Assembly: GCA_963813815.1 (NCBI GenBank)
Contig: CAWFAD010000016.1
Span: 576,001-640,000, forward strand
From: an uncultured bacterium
GTDB lineage: Bacteria > Krumholzibacteriota > Krumholzibacteriia > Krumholzibacteriales > Krumholzibacteriaceae
Reading direction: 5' to 3'
Length of the DNA stretch: 64,000 bases
Notes under the pieces: model-generated
Told to the model about the DNA's origin: nothing
Databases searched by the model: none
What the model saw: the letters and a program-made list of their open reading frames with translations, nothing else
Shown here: piece after piece, positions 47,485 to 57,514 of the stretch
How positions within the stretch are numbered: position 1 is the stretch's first letter
Layout: every line of letters begins with the position of its first letter
Translations under genes and position numbers: made by a program

Positions 47485-48411
47485 ATGCAGTCACGCGCCG
47501 GCACACGGATGCTCGCGACGATCGCCGTGCTCGTTCTCCTGGCGCCGCCGGCCGGGGCGCAGCTCGCGGACCAGCTGTCCGCCTATTCCGGCGCCAACGC
47601 GGAGGGATACCTGGGACCGCTCGCGGACGCGCTCGGGGCCGACCTCAACGCCGGGATCTACCGGACGGCCTCCATTCCGGTAGCGGGCCCCCTTCTTCGG
47701 CTCGAGATCCAGATCATGAGCGTTCTGTTCTCCGGCGGCGATCGCACGTTCGACGCTCTCACCGAGGAGGGGTTCACGCCCGAACAGCGCGTCGAAGCGC
47801 CGACCGTCGTCGGCTCAACGACCGCGGTGACCGTCGACGGGGACGGCGGAACGCGGTTCTCGTTCCCCGGCGGTTTCGATCTCAGCTCGTTCGCGCTCGC
47901 CGTGCCGCAGCTGCGAGTCGGCGCGCTGATGGGCACGGAGCTCCTCTTCCGGTACTTCGCGGCGCAGATGGGGGAGGACGATCTCGGCACCGTCAGCCTC
48001 TTCGGCATCGGAGCCCGCCATAGCATTTCCCAGTACTTCGGTCCCCTGCTCCCCGTCGACGTCGCGGCGGGCTTTTTCTGGCAGCAGCTCAAGCTCGGCG
48101 AGGACGATCAGGGCAACGACATTATCGCGACGAGCGCCCTCTCGTTCGGGGTGCAGGCGAGCAAGGAGATCGTGAAGTTCGTCGCTCCCTACGGCGGGAT
48201 CTCCTACGACTCGCACTCGACGGAAGTCACCTACGAGAACGACTCCTTCGACGCGGAGGAGACCGTCGATCTCGATTTCGAGCGAACCGATACGGTGCGT
48301 CTCACGCTCGGGCTCATGATCGATCTTCCGGTATTCAAGGCCTTCGCGGAGTACAACGTGGCGGCTCAGAACAGCTTCGCCTTCGGTATCGGGCTGGGAT
48401 TCGGCGGCTGA
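47485..48411 (+). CDS. Secreted OM beta-barrel protein (DUF6588-like)
   Basis: RBS GAGGAGG; signal peptide; GYLGPLADALGADLNAG; LAVPQLRVG, LFGIGARHSISQY; C-terminal FAFGIGLGF. Confidence 0.65.
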   Translation: MQSRAGTRMLATIAVLVLLAPPAGAQLADQLSAYSGANAEGYLGPLADALGADLNAGIYRTASIPVAGPLLRLEIQIMSVLFSGGDRTFDALTEEGFTPEQRVEAPTVVGSTTAVTVDGDGGTRFSFPGGFDLSSFALAVPQLRVGALMGTELLFRYFAAQMGEDDLGTVSLFGIGARHSISQYFGPLLPVDVAAGFFWQQLKLGEDDQGNDIIATSALSFGVQASKEIVKFVAPYGGISYDSHSTEVTYENDSFDAEETVDLDFERTDTVRLTLGLMIDLPVFKAFAEYNVAAQNSFAFGIGLGFGG

Positions 48412-48436
48412 CGCGCGGTCATCCGCGGGAAGGAGC

Positions 48437-49063
48437 TTGTTGAACATGAAACGTGCGAAGAAAGCAACCGTGCCGATCCTCCTGCTCGCCGGGCTCGCCG
48501 CGGTCTCGGGCAACTGCATCATGGAGGATCGCGTGGTCGAGGTCGTGCTGAACGATTCGACGTGCGCGGGCTGGTACGAGTATCATCAATCCTACGATTA
48601 TACGAACGAGATGCCCCTCGCGTTCGCGGGGGAGATCGAGCGGATACTCGAGGACAACGATCTGTCTCGGGCGGACGTCGTTTCGGCGCACCTCGTGCGC
48701 GCGACGTACGGGGTCACCGAGTTCTCCCACACGCACGACTGGCACGTGACCGGACTCGTGACGGTCAGGCGAATCGACGTTTCGGACGGTCCGAGCGTGC
48801 TGTTCGATTACGAGAGTCTGTCGATCGCGGGCGCGCTCGGCCTGAATCTCCCCGTGGTGCTCCAGGAAGGCGGCGTCGGCGTCATCAATCGAGCGCTCGC
48901 CGATTTCATCGCGGGGGAGAACCCCATTCTCATGTTCGGGGTGGATAACAGCGGCGTCGTCCCCGAGCCGAGCGTCGTCGACCCGATTCAGTTCATCTGG
49001 CGGGCCTGCATCTACGTGCAGGTCATTACCGCCGTGGATGTGGAGGTGCCCGACCCGTTCTGA
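48437..49063 (+). CDS. Exported hypothetical protein, possible lipoprotein
   Basis: RBS GGAAGGAG; MKRAKK + hydrophobic stretch + AAVSGNC (non-canonical lipobox); acidic and beta-rich. Confidence 0.6.
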   Translation: MLNMKRAKKATVPILLLAGLAAVSGNCIMEDRVVEVVLNDSTCAGWYEYHQSYDYTNEMPLAFAGEIERILEDNDLSRADVVSAHLVRATYGVTEFSHTHDWHVTGLVTVRRIDVSDGPSVLFDYESLSIAGALGLNLPVVLQEGGVGVINRALADFIAGENPILMFGVDNSGVVPEPSVVDPIQFIWRACIYVQVITAVDVEVPDPF

Positions 49064-49076
49064 CCGCGCGTCGCGT

Positions 49077-49916
49077 TCATATCCGCAGCTCGACGGCGAT
49101 GCCGATCGTGTTCCCGCGCGGGGCGAGAACGATGACGGCGTCGCCCCCGCCCGAGCGGTGCAGGCGCGGAATGATCCATCCGACCGCGCTTCCCACGACG
49201 GCTCCCGCGATGACATCCGTCGGAAAATGCTTGCCCGCCTCGCACCGGGCGGCGCCGATCGCCGCCGCGGCGAGCAGCGATCCCGTCCAGACGTACGGCC
49301 GGGCCCGCGAATCCGGATGATACGCTCCGTGAACGGTCGAGAGAAAAACCGCCGAGGCGAATGCGATGCTCGCGTGGCGCGAAAAGAACGAGCGCCGGGG
49401 TTCGTCCTCGAGGCGAATCTCCATCGGCGCTTCCGGATTGTAGACCTGGGGGCGGATGCGCTCGAACGACGCCTTCGCGTAGGAGGGAATCGCCGCCGCG
49501 AAGGCGATGGTCTCGAGATACAGCGTCGATAGCTCCGGCCAGTCGCGCCGCACGGCGGGATCCGCCGCGAGCGCGAGCGGGGCGGCGACGAGCGCGGCGA
49601 TGAGCACGTTGCTCGCGACCCGCGCGTCCTCGCTGTAGCTCGAGGCGGCCGGCCGGTCGAACGAGTTGATATCGTCGCGCGAGAGCGCCTCGATCTCCTC
49701 GGCCGTCATGTTCGGCGTCGAACCCTCCACGATCGCCGCTCCGGCGATCGCGAGCGCGCCGGCTCCCGCGATCCAGCCGTCCCGCAAGACGCCGATCCGG
49801 TACGGCGGGCGCGCCTGAGCGGGGGAATATCCGCACGGACGGAGGGGGAGAGTCTCCGCGGCGATCGGCAGAGCCGCGGCGATCGCGAGCGCGCAGCACG
49901 CGCTGAACGCGCGCAT
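49077..49916 (-). CDS. PAP2-superfamily phosphatase
   Basis: K..FERIRP, SFFSRHAS, ARCEAGKHFPTDVIAG; signal peptide; start uncertain. Confidence 0.8.
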   Translation of the reverse strand: MRAFSACCALAIAAALPIAAETLPLRPCGYSPAQARPPYRIGVLRDGWIAGAGALAIAGAAIVEGSTPNMTAEEIEALSRDDINSFDRPAASSYSEDARVASNVLIAALVAAPLALAADPAVRRDWPELSTLYLETIAFAAAIPSYAKASFERIRPQVYNPEAPMEIRLEDEPRRSFFSRHASIAFASAVFLSTVHGAYHPDSRARPYVWTGSLLAAAAIGAARCEAGKHFPTDVIAGAVVGSAVGWIIPRLHRSGGGDAVIVLAPRGNTIGIAVELRI

Positions 49917-49993
49917 CCATGAGCCGCATCTGCGATCTCCGTGCCGCACGAGAATAGATGGTACCGGATTCCCCCGCCTCCGATAAAGCACAA

Positions 49994-52900
49994 TCAGCAC
50001 CCGCGGCGCGCCGTGGCGCGCACGCGCCGCGTCCATTCCCGAGCGTCGTCGAGGAGCAGGTAGATCGTCGGAAGCAGCAGCAGCGTGACGAGGGTCGAGG
50101 CGGTGAGCCCGCCGACGATCGCGCGGGCCATGGGGAAATAGGGCGGGCCGCCGCTTCCTCCGATCGAGGTCTTGATGACGGCGAGCGGCACGAGATTCAG
50201 CACCGTCGTCGAAGCCGTCATGAGGATCGGCCGCATCCGGTCCCTGCCGGCCTCGCGGATCGCGTCCTCGCGGGAGAGCCCGCTCTCCCTCAACCGGTTG
50301 ATGTGATCGACGAGCACGATGCCGTTGTTGACGACGACCCCGATGAGGATGAGGATCCCTATCATCCCCATCATCGTCATCGCCGTGCCCGTCGCGAGAA
50401 AGAACCAGTACACGCCGACGACGGCGAAGAGGATCTGCGTCCAGATCGCGGCGGGGAAGAGAAGCGATTCGAAGAGCGAGGCCATGACGAAATAGATGAG
50501 CGCGAGCGCGAGCACGAGGTTGAGGAGCATCGTCTGGAGCGCCTCGCGCTCCTCGGTGAATCCCTCGCCGTAGTTCCAAGTATAGCCGGGCGGAAAATGA
50601 AATCCGCCGAGCGCCGCCGCGATGCGCTTGCGCGCCTCTTCCATCGTAATTCCGTCGAGGTTGGCCGTGACGCTGAGCGAGGTCGTGCGGTTCTGGTGCC
50701 GGATGGTCCGTGGCCCGGGCCGCACGGCGAGATCGGCGACGGAGGCGAGCGTCACCGGATCGAGTCCGCGCCCCATGAGGGGAACGTTCTCGAGCTGCGA
50801 GAGAGTCCGGCGGTCGCTGTCCTGAAACTCGAGGCGCACGTCGATCTCTCCCTCGCCGCTCCGAATGCGGGGTAGCATGATGCCCCGCATGGCCGCCGAG
50901 ACGACCTGCGCCACCTCGTTGGTCGAAAAACCCCGCTGGCGGGCCCGCTCGCGGTCCACGACCACCTGGATCTCCTTCTCGCCGGTCTCCGCCTCGGAAC
51001 GCACGTCCTTGAATCCTTCCACGCGCTTCAGCGTCCACGCCACGTCCTGAGCGAGTTCGACGAGCTGCTCGCTCGACTTGCCGATGAGCTGCACGCGCGC
51101 CGACTGGCCGTCGCCGAACTGGCTGCGAAAATCGAACGAAGGATTGCAGATGACGACCGGGGGGAGGTCCTTGCGGATCAGCTCCTCGATCTCTTTTCTC
51201 GATTTCTTCGCCTCCTTCCCCTTCTTGAGCGTGATGATCGACGTGGCGTAGCTGCCCTGGTAGAAGGTGTAGACCGATTCGATTTCGAACTCGTCCTGGC
51301 GGGAGAAGAGATACTCCTCGAACACGTCGACCGCGTCCTCGACCTTCTCGAGCGTGTAGGAGCCGTTGATGTTGTAGAAGATGCGCAGGCGCCGCTCCTC
51401 CTCGTCGCCGAACATCTGCACCTTCACGAGCTTTATCGGAACGGCCACGCTCAGCAGCACGCCGACGATAATGAGAACCGTGGCGCGCCGGTGGTCGAGC
51501 GTCCAGGAGAGGCTTCGCACGTATCGCTCCTGAAGCCGGTCGATCGCCGTTTTCTTGCGCCGCGCGGGCGGTTTCAGCCGCCACGCGAGCAGCGGCACGA
51601 GCGTCAGCGATATGAGGAGCGAGATCCCGAGGGCGATGCAGATCGTGATCGCTATGTGCTTGAGAAACACGGCGATCTGGTCGCGGGGGCTCACGATGTT
51701 CGGGAGAAACACGATGGCGGTCGTGAGCGTGCCCGCCGTGACGGCCAGCGCCACCTCCCGCACGCCGACCTGAACGGCGTCCTTTCGCTTGGGGTCGAGG
51801 AGCTGGTGCCGATGAATGCTCTCCGTGACGACGACCGCGTTGTCGACGAGCATGCCGATCGCGAGCATGAGGCCGAGCATCGAGAGGATGTTGAGCGAAA
51901 CGCCGATGAAGTACATGAAGGTGAGGGTGACGAGGACTGAGAGCGGCGCCGCGAGAGCGATGAGAAAGGTCGTCGAAAATCGCCGCAGAAAGAGGTAGAG
52001 CACGGCCACGGCGAAGCAGGCTCCGAGAAGCCCCGAACGGAGGATTTCGTTGAGCGAGCCCACGACCCCCTCGGCCTGGTTGTCCATGTAATAGATGCTG
52101 ACCCCGGCCATTTCGGGCAGCTTCTTGATCTCGTCGATATCGGCGATGATGCGGTCCGTGACGTCGACGAGATTGGCGCCCGACTCCTTGAAGACGTCGA
52201 CGCCGATCGCGGGCCGGCAGTTGAGGTGGCGGGCGTAATCAAGCCTCGGGTGCTCGTAGGCGACGATCGCGATGTCGCTGAGCCTAAGCCCGTTCGGGCC
52301 TACGACGATCTTTCCGATCTCTTCCGCGCTCGTGAGCTCCCCCATCGGACGCACGACGAGCCGCCGGTTCTCGTCGGTGATCATGCCGGCCGTGACGAGG
52401 AAGTTGCCCCGGCGAAGCGTCTCCACGAGAGAGGCGATGTCGACGCGGTGCGCGATGATCCGGTCCGCGAGGAGCTGAATGCGGATGTCCTTCTTGTTGA
52501 CGCCGTAGAGGTCGACCCGCGAGACGCCTTCGATGCGCTCGACGCGCCGCTTGACGTTCCGCTCGAGCATGTCGTAGGAGTTCGAGAGATCCCGGTCGCT
52601 CGAAATGCGCAGCACGAGCATCTGCATGTCGGTGGTCGAGAATTTCCGTATGTAAAATCGCCGGAGATCCGCCGGGAAGAGACGGCGGACGCCCTCGAGC
52701 TTTTCCTTCGCCTCGAGCGCCTTGACGTTCGCGTCGACGCCCCAGTCGAACTCGAGATTGATGAAAGCGCCGTCGCTCCCCGATTCGGAGGTCATCTGCT
52801 TGATGCCGCTGATCGTGGCGAGCACTTCCTCGGCGGGTTTCGTGATCTGGCGCTCGATCTCCTCGGGAGTCGAGTTGGGGTAAGGGATCTCGACGCCGAT

Positions 52901-53032
52901 GAACGGCGCGTCGAGCGCCGGGAAGTACTCGAGCGGAAGGAGCTTCGCCGACACGACGCCGAGGACGATGAAACACGCGAGGATCATGAACATCGTTACG
53001 GGGCGTCGTATGGCGGTTTCGGTGATGTTCAT
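49994..53032 (-). CDS. RND (AcrB/MdtC-like) efflux permease, subunit 2
   Basis: AIRRPV, GMLVDNAVVVTE, MASLFES, GVVVNNGIVLVD, RMRPILMT. Confidence 0.93.
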   Translation of the reverse strand: MNITETAIRRPVTMFMILACFIVLGVVSAKLLPLEYFPALDAPFIGVEIPYPNSTPEEIERQITKPAEEVLATISGIKQMTSESGSDGAFINLEFDWGVDANVKALEAKEKLEGVRRLFPADLRRFYIRKFSTTDMQMLVLRISSDRDLSNSYDMLERNVKRRVERIEGVSRVDLYGVNKKDIRIQLLADRIIAHRVDIASLVETLRRGNFLVTAGMITDENRRLVVRPMGELTSAEEIGKIVVGPNGLRLSDIAIVAYEHPRLDYARHLNCRPAIGVDVFKESGANLVDVTDRIIADIDEIKKLPEMAGVSIYYMDNQAEGVVGSLNEILRSGLLGACFAVAVLYLFLRRFSTTFLIALAAPLSVLVTLTFMYFIGVSLNILSMLGLMLAIGMLVDNAVVVTESIHRHQLLDPKRKDAVQVGVREVALAVTAGTLTTAIVFLPNIVSPRDQIAVFLKHIAITICIALGISLLISLTLVPLLAWRLKPPARRKKTAIDRLQERYVRSLSWTLDHRRATVLIIVGVLLSVAVPIKLVKVQMFGDEEERRLRIFYNINGSYTLEKVEDAVDVFEEYLFSRQDEFEIESVYTFYQGSYATSIITLKKGKEAKKSRKEIEELIRKDLPPVVICNPSFDFRSQFGDGQSARVQLIGKSSEQLVELAQDVAWTLKRVEGFKDVRSEAETGEKEIQVVVDRERARQRGFSTNEVAQVVSAAMRGIMLPRIRSGEGEIDVRLEFQDSDRRTLSQLENVPLMGRGLDPVTLASVADLAVRPGPRTIRHQNRTTSLSVTANLDGITMEEARKRIAAALGGFHFPPGYTWNYGEGFTEEREALQTMLLNLVLALALIYFVMASLFESLLFPAAIWTQILFAVVGVYWFFLATGTAMTMMGMIGILILIGVVVNNGIVLVDHINRLRESGLSREDAIREAGRDRMRPILMTASTTVLNLVPLAVIKTSIGGSGGPPYFPMARAIVGGLTASTLVTLLLLPTIYLLLDDAREWTRRVRATARRGC

Positions 53033-56000
53033 GCCGATGCTCCCGGCCTGCCCGGCTCTTCGTCCGATCTGTCGAGCGCGGCGTACACGACCGGGATGAC
53101 CACGAGCGTGAGGAGCGTCGAGACGGAGAGCCCGCCGATCACCGTGATGGCCATCGGCGAGCGGATCTCGGCCCCCTCGCCCACGCCGAGGGCGAGCGGA
53201 ATGAGCCCGAGGACCGTCGTCAGCGTCGTCATGAGAATCGGCCGCAAGCGCGATTTGCCGCCGGCGATGAGCGCTTCCGTCTTTCTCATGCCGCCCGCGC
53301 GCAGCTGGTTCACGAAATCGATCAAGACGATCGCGTTGTTGACGACGATGCCGGCGAGCAGGATGAGCCCGATAAAGACGACGACGCTGATCGTCGAGCG
53401 CGTCAGGAGGAGCGCCAGCACCGCGCCGATGAGCGCGAGCGGAATCGTGAACAGTATGACGAACGGGTGCAGGAAGGACTCGAACTGCGAGGCCATGACG
53501 AGGTACACGAGAAAGACGGCGAGCGCGAGCGCGAGGACGAGCGAGCGGAACGAAACCGCCATCTCGCGGTTCTGCCCGGCGAGGACGGTGCTGATGCCCG
53601 GAGGCATCGCGATGCCTCCGATGATCGCGTCGATGTCCTTCGCCGCCGCGCCGAGATCGCCGTAGGCGAGGTTGGCCGTTACGAGCGCCATGCGTTCCTG
53701 GTCGGCGCGTCTGATTTCCCCCGGCCCCATGTCGACGTCGACGTCCGCGACGGCGTCGAGGGTGACGGGAGCGGGGCTCTCCGGATTGATGATGATCTTG
53801 CGGATTCGCTCGATCGAATCGCGGTCGCGCTCCCGCGAGCGCACGAGGACGTCGATCTTGCGGTCATGCCACGAATAGCGGGTCGCCACCTCGCCGCGCA
53901 CCTGGCCCACGACGCGGGAGGCGATTTGGTAGACCTGAAAGCCGAGCGCCGCAGCCCGCTCCCGGTCGAACCGGATCTGTATCTCCGGATGGCCGGCGCG
54001 CATCGTCGACTTCACGTCGGCGAAGCGGGGGTTGGCCTCGAGACGGCTCGATATTTCGTTGCTGATCCGCCGCAGCTCGGCGAGATTGTAGCCGCTGACC
54101 TCGATCTCGACCGGCGTTTTGAAGCTGAAGAGCGTCGGGTAGGAGAACTTGTAGTCGAGATCGGGGGTGCCCTCCATGCGGCCGCGGAGAGCCGCCATGG
54201 CGCGCGCCTCCTCGCGGCGGCCGGCGCCGGGTGCGAGCGCGACGTTGAGCTCGCCCCAGTTTTCGCCGCCCTGCTCGGGATTCGCGTCCATGCGGTTCCC
54301 GGTGCCGGCCACCGAGAAGGTGGCGGCGATGCCCGGAACCTCCCGGGCGGCCTCCTGAACCGCGGCGATCGCGGCGTCCGTGACCTCGAGCGGGGTGCCC
54401 GGCGGCAGACGGAACTCGACGCGGAACTCCCCTTGCGAGAGCTGCGGGATGAGCTCGACGCCGATGACCGGGACGAGCGCGAGGGATACCGCGAACGCCG
54501 CCGCGGCGAGGCCGATCACGCGCCCCCGGCGGACGAGGGCCGCCGCGAGGAGCCTCTCGTAGAATCTTTCGAACCTCGCGTAGACCCGCTGAAAACCGGC
54601 GAGCGCCGGCGCGAGCAGGCGGCGCATGAGGCGGGAGATGGCGCCCGCCGCTCTGTTCCAGAGCCGCGTCCAGAACACCGGGAGCGTGGTCCACAGAGCG
54701 GCGCGCGCGGCCCGCGCCAATCTCCGGCCTCGGCCGCGCAACTCCTCCGGGGGCTCGGCGGCCGCCGCGGCGGAGGGGGGCGCGGCCCGCAGGGAAGCGA
54801 GCATGGGAATGAGCGTGAGGGCGACCGCGAGGGAGGCCAGCAGCGAAAAGGTCACCGTGAGGGCCTGGTCGCGGAAGAGCTGCCCCGCGATCCCCTTGAC
54901 GAAGACGAGCGGCAGAAACACCGCGACCGTCGTGAGCGTGGAGGCGGTGACGGCGCGGGAGACCTCGTCGGCGCCATTGCGCACGGCCTCCACGTGGCCC
55001 TCGCCCCGCTCGCGATGGCGCGCGATGTTTTCGAGCACGACGATCGAGTTGTCGACGAGCATGCCGATCCCGAGCGCGATGCCGCCGAGCGACATGATGT
55101 TGAGCGTGAGGTGCGCCCCGAACATCATGTTGAAGGTCGCGATGACGGAAACGGGAATGGAGAACGAGATGATCACCGTCGCCCAAAAGTTCTGAAGGAA
55201 GAAGTAGAGGATCACGACGGCCAGCAGTCCTCCGATGAGGGCGTTCGAGATGACCTCGTTCACCGCCTGTCCGATGAAGGTCGCCTGATCGTAGACCTTG
55301 ACGATCTCCGCGCCCTTCGGAAGGATGCCGTCCACGCGCTTCAGACGCCGGGCGACCTCGCGCGAGACGGCGACCGTGTTGGCGTCCCCTTCCTTGTAGA
55401 TCGCGATCTCGACCGCCTCGCGTCCGCCGAGCCGCGTGACCGCGTCGCGCTCCCGGTAGCCGTGCCGAACCGTCGCGATGTCGCGGAGGTACACGGGCCG
55501 CCCGCCGCTCGTCGAGACGATGACGTCGGCGATCTCGTCGATCGACTGGAACTGGTTCAGCGTCCGCACGAGGTACTGCTGCGTTCCTTCCTCGATGCGG
55601 CCGCCCGAGAGGTTGACGTTTTCGGCTCCGATCTGACGGGCGAGCTCTTCGGCCGGCACGCCGATTTGGGCGAGCCGTCCCTGATCGAAGAGCACCTGTA
55701 TCTCGTCCTCGAGCCCGCCGCTGATCTTGACCGCGGCCACGCCGATCGCCGCTTCGAGCTCCTTCTTGATTTCCTCCTCGGCGAACCGGCGGAGGAACTT
55801 GAGCTCCTCCTCGTCGAACGCGGCCTCATTCGCCGTGTCGGCGGCGTTCTCGGCCGAGCGGACGAACGCCAGCCGCATGACCGGGTCGAGCGACGGGTCG
55901 AATCGCAGGATCGTCGGGCGTTGAATCTCGAGGGGCAGATCGAGAGCGTCGAGCTTCTCGCGCACGTCGAGACCGGCGTAATCCATGTTGGTTCCCCAGG

Positions 56001-56286
56001 CGAACTCGAGGAGCACGTCCGATTGGCCCGACCGCGATATCGAGCTCACCCGGTTCACGTTCTTCACGACCCCGAGCGCCTCCTCGATCGGTTTCGAGAC
56101 GAGGTTCTCGACCTCGATGGGGGCCGCGCCGGGGTACTCGGTCCGGATCGTCAGCGTGGGGTAGCTGAGCTCGGGCAGCAGGTTGATCTTGAGGCGGAAA
56201 AAGGAGACGAATCCGAAGAGGATCACGGCGAGGGTGAACATCGCGATCGTCACCCGCCGCTTGATGGAAATATCGATGATGTTCAT
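53029..56286 (-). CDS. RND (AcrB/MdtB-like) efflux permease, subunit 1
   Basis: YPGAAPIEVE, GMLVDNSIVVLENI, MASQFES, GIVVNNAIVLID, RLRPILMTTLTT; ATGA overlap with subunit 2. Confidence 0.93.
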   Translation of the reverse strand: MNIIDISIKRRVTIAMFTLAVILFGFVSFFRLKINLLPELSYPTLTIRTEYPGAAPIEVENLVSKPIEEALGVVKNVNRVSSISRSGQSDVLLEFAWGTNMDYAGLDVREKLDALDLPLEIQRPTILRFDPSLDPVMRLAFVRSAENAADTANEAAFDEEELKFLRRFAEEEIKKELEAAIGVAAVKISGGLEDEIQVLFDQGRLAQIGVPAEELARQIGAENVNLSGGRIEEGTQQYLVRTLNQFQSIDEIADVIVSTSGGRPVYLRDIATVRHGYRERDAVTRLGGREAVEIAIYKEGDANTVAVSREVARRLKRVDGILPKGAEIVKVYDQATFIGQAVNEVISNALIGGLLAVVILYFFLQNFWATVIISFSIPVSVIATFNMMFGAHLTLNIMSLGGIALGIGMLVDNSIVVLENIARHRERGEGHVEAVRNGADEVSRAVTASTLTTVAVFLPLVFVKGIAGQLFRDQALTVTFSLLASLAVALTLIPMLASLRAAPPSAAAAAEPPEELRGRGRRLARAARAALWTTLPVFWTRLWNRAAGAISRLMRRLLAPALAGFQRVYARFERFYERLLAAALVRRGRVIGLAAAAFAVSLALVPVIGVELIPQLSQGEFRVEFRLPPGTPLEVTDAAIAAVQEAAREVPGIAATFSVAGTGNRMDANPEQGGENWGELNVALAPGAGRREEARAMAALRGRMEGTPDLDYKFSYPTLFSFKTPVEIEVSGYNLAELRRISNEISSRLEANPRFADVKSTMRAGHPEIQIRFDRERAAALGFQVYQIASRVVGQVRGEVATRYSWHDRKIDVLVRSRERDRDSIERIRKIIINPESPAPVTLDAVADVDVDMGPGEIRRADQERMALVTANLAYGDLGAAAKDIDAIIGGIAMPPGISTVLAGQNREMAVSFRSLVLALALAVFLVYLVMASQFESFLHPFVILFTIPLALIGAVLALLLTRSTISVVVFIGLILLAGIVVNNAIVLIDFVNQLRAGGMRKTEALIAGGKSRLRPILMTTLTTVLGLIPLALGVGEGAEIRSPMAITVIGGLSVSTLLTLVVIPVVYAALDRSDEEPGRPGASA

Positions 56287-56310
56287 GGGGCGCCCGTTTC
56301 CTCCGGCACC

Positions 56311-57366
56311 CTAGCGGGCGACGATTTGAACCTTGGTGCTGTCCTTGAGACTGGCCTTGCCGGTCGTGACGACCGTGTCGCCCGACATGAGGCCGGCGAG
56401 CACCTCGACGTGCGTCGTGTTGACGAATCCCGTTTCGACGGGGAGCCGGTACGCCACGCTGTCCCGCACGACGAACACGGCGCTCTCGCGATCCTCGGTG
56501 ATGATCGCGTCCTTCGGCGCCTTCACGACGTTCGCGTGGACGTCGTAGATGATCTGGATGCGCGCGAACATGCCCGGCCGGAGGCGCCCCGAGGGATCGC
56601 TCGCCTCGACCGTGACCTTGACCGTGCCGGTCGAGGGATCGATCACCGGGCTGATGCGCTTGATCCGGCCCTCGACGATCTCGTTCCCCATGGCGTCGAT
56701 CGTCATCTGGGCGGCCTGTCCCGGACGGAGCTTCCCGAGCTGCCGCTCGGGGACGTGCAGGACGGCGACGAGCGGATTCAGCCCCGCCACGCGAAACACC
56801 GCCTGATTCGGGAGCACCATGTTTCCGATCTTGATGAGGCGCTCGGCGACGACGCCGCTGATGGGCGTGCGGATCGAGGTGTACTTGTAATCGAGCTCGG
56901 AGAGCTCGTATGCGGCGCGCGCCTGCTCGTAGTCGAACGCGCTCTGCTGGAACACCTCGGTGCTGACGAGCTTTTGCTCGTGGAGGCCGACGTTTCGCTC
57001 GTATATCATTTTGAGCTTGTCGAGGCTGGCCCGGGATTGAGCGAGCTGCACGCTGATCCTTTCGTCGTCGAGCTTGGCGATCACGTCCCCTACCTTCACG
57101 TACGCCCCCTCCTCGACGAGTATCGACTCCACGACGCCCCCGACCTTGGCGACGACCCCGGTCTCCTCCTCGGCCCCGATCGTGGCGGTTCCTGTGAAGT
57201 AAGCGGCTATGTCACCGGAGATTACGGCGGCAACCTCGACGGGCACGGCGACCTTGTCGTCCTTTTTTCCGTTCTTGTCGGAGCCGCCGCGGCGGCCGCA
57301 GCCTCCCGATGCGCCGAGCGCGGCGATCATCGCGAGCAGCAGCAGCGTTTTCCATGCGTGTTTCAT
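56311..57366 (-). CDS. RND periplasmic adaptor (MFP), lipoprotein
   Basis: Lipobox-like SGGC; lipoyl halves (VEEGAYVKVGDVIAKLD, IRTPISGVV); LRPGMFARI. Confidence 0.92.
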   Translation of the reverse strand: MKHAWKTLLLLAMIAALGASGGCGRRGGSDKNGKKDDKVAVPVEVAAVISGDIAAYFTGTATIGAEEETGVVAKVGGVVESILVEEGAYVKVGDVIAKLDDERISVQLAQSRASLDKLKMIYERNVGLHEQKLVSTEVFQQSAFDYEQARAAYELSELDYKYTSIRTPISGVVAERLIKIGNMVLPNQAVFRVAGLNPLVAVLHVPERQLGKLRPGQAAQMTIDAMGNEIVEGRIKRISPVIDPSTGTVKVTVEASDPSGRLRPGMFARIQIIYDVHANVVKAPKDAIITEDRESAVFVVRDSVAYRLPVETGFVNTTHVEVLAGLMSGDTVVTTGKASLKDSTKVQIVAR

Positions 57367-57450
57367 CGGTTCCCCCTCGGTTTCGGTAGAGCTTGCCCAT
57401 TATACGCTCGCGCTATTGATAAGTTGCACATAGGAGGCCTCGGGCGGCGA

Positions 57451-57489
57451 ATAAAAACGGCGCCCGGAGCCGAGGCATCCGGGCGCCGT
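57451..57489 (-). terminator. Rho-independent terminator of the POT transporter gene
   Basis: 12-bp stem ACGGCGCCCGGA/TCCGGGCGCCGT, followed on the minus strand by a T-run. Confidence 0.75.
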
Positions 57490-57514
57490 GTGTACGCGAA
57501 GCGGATCCTTCCGC

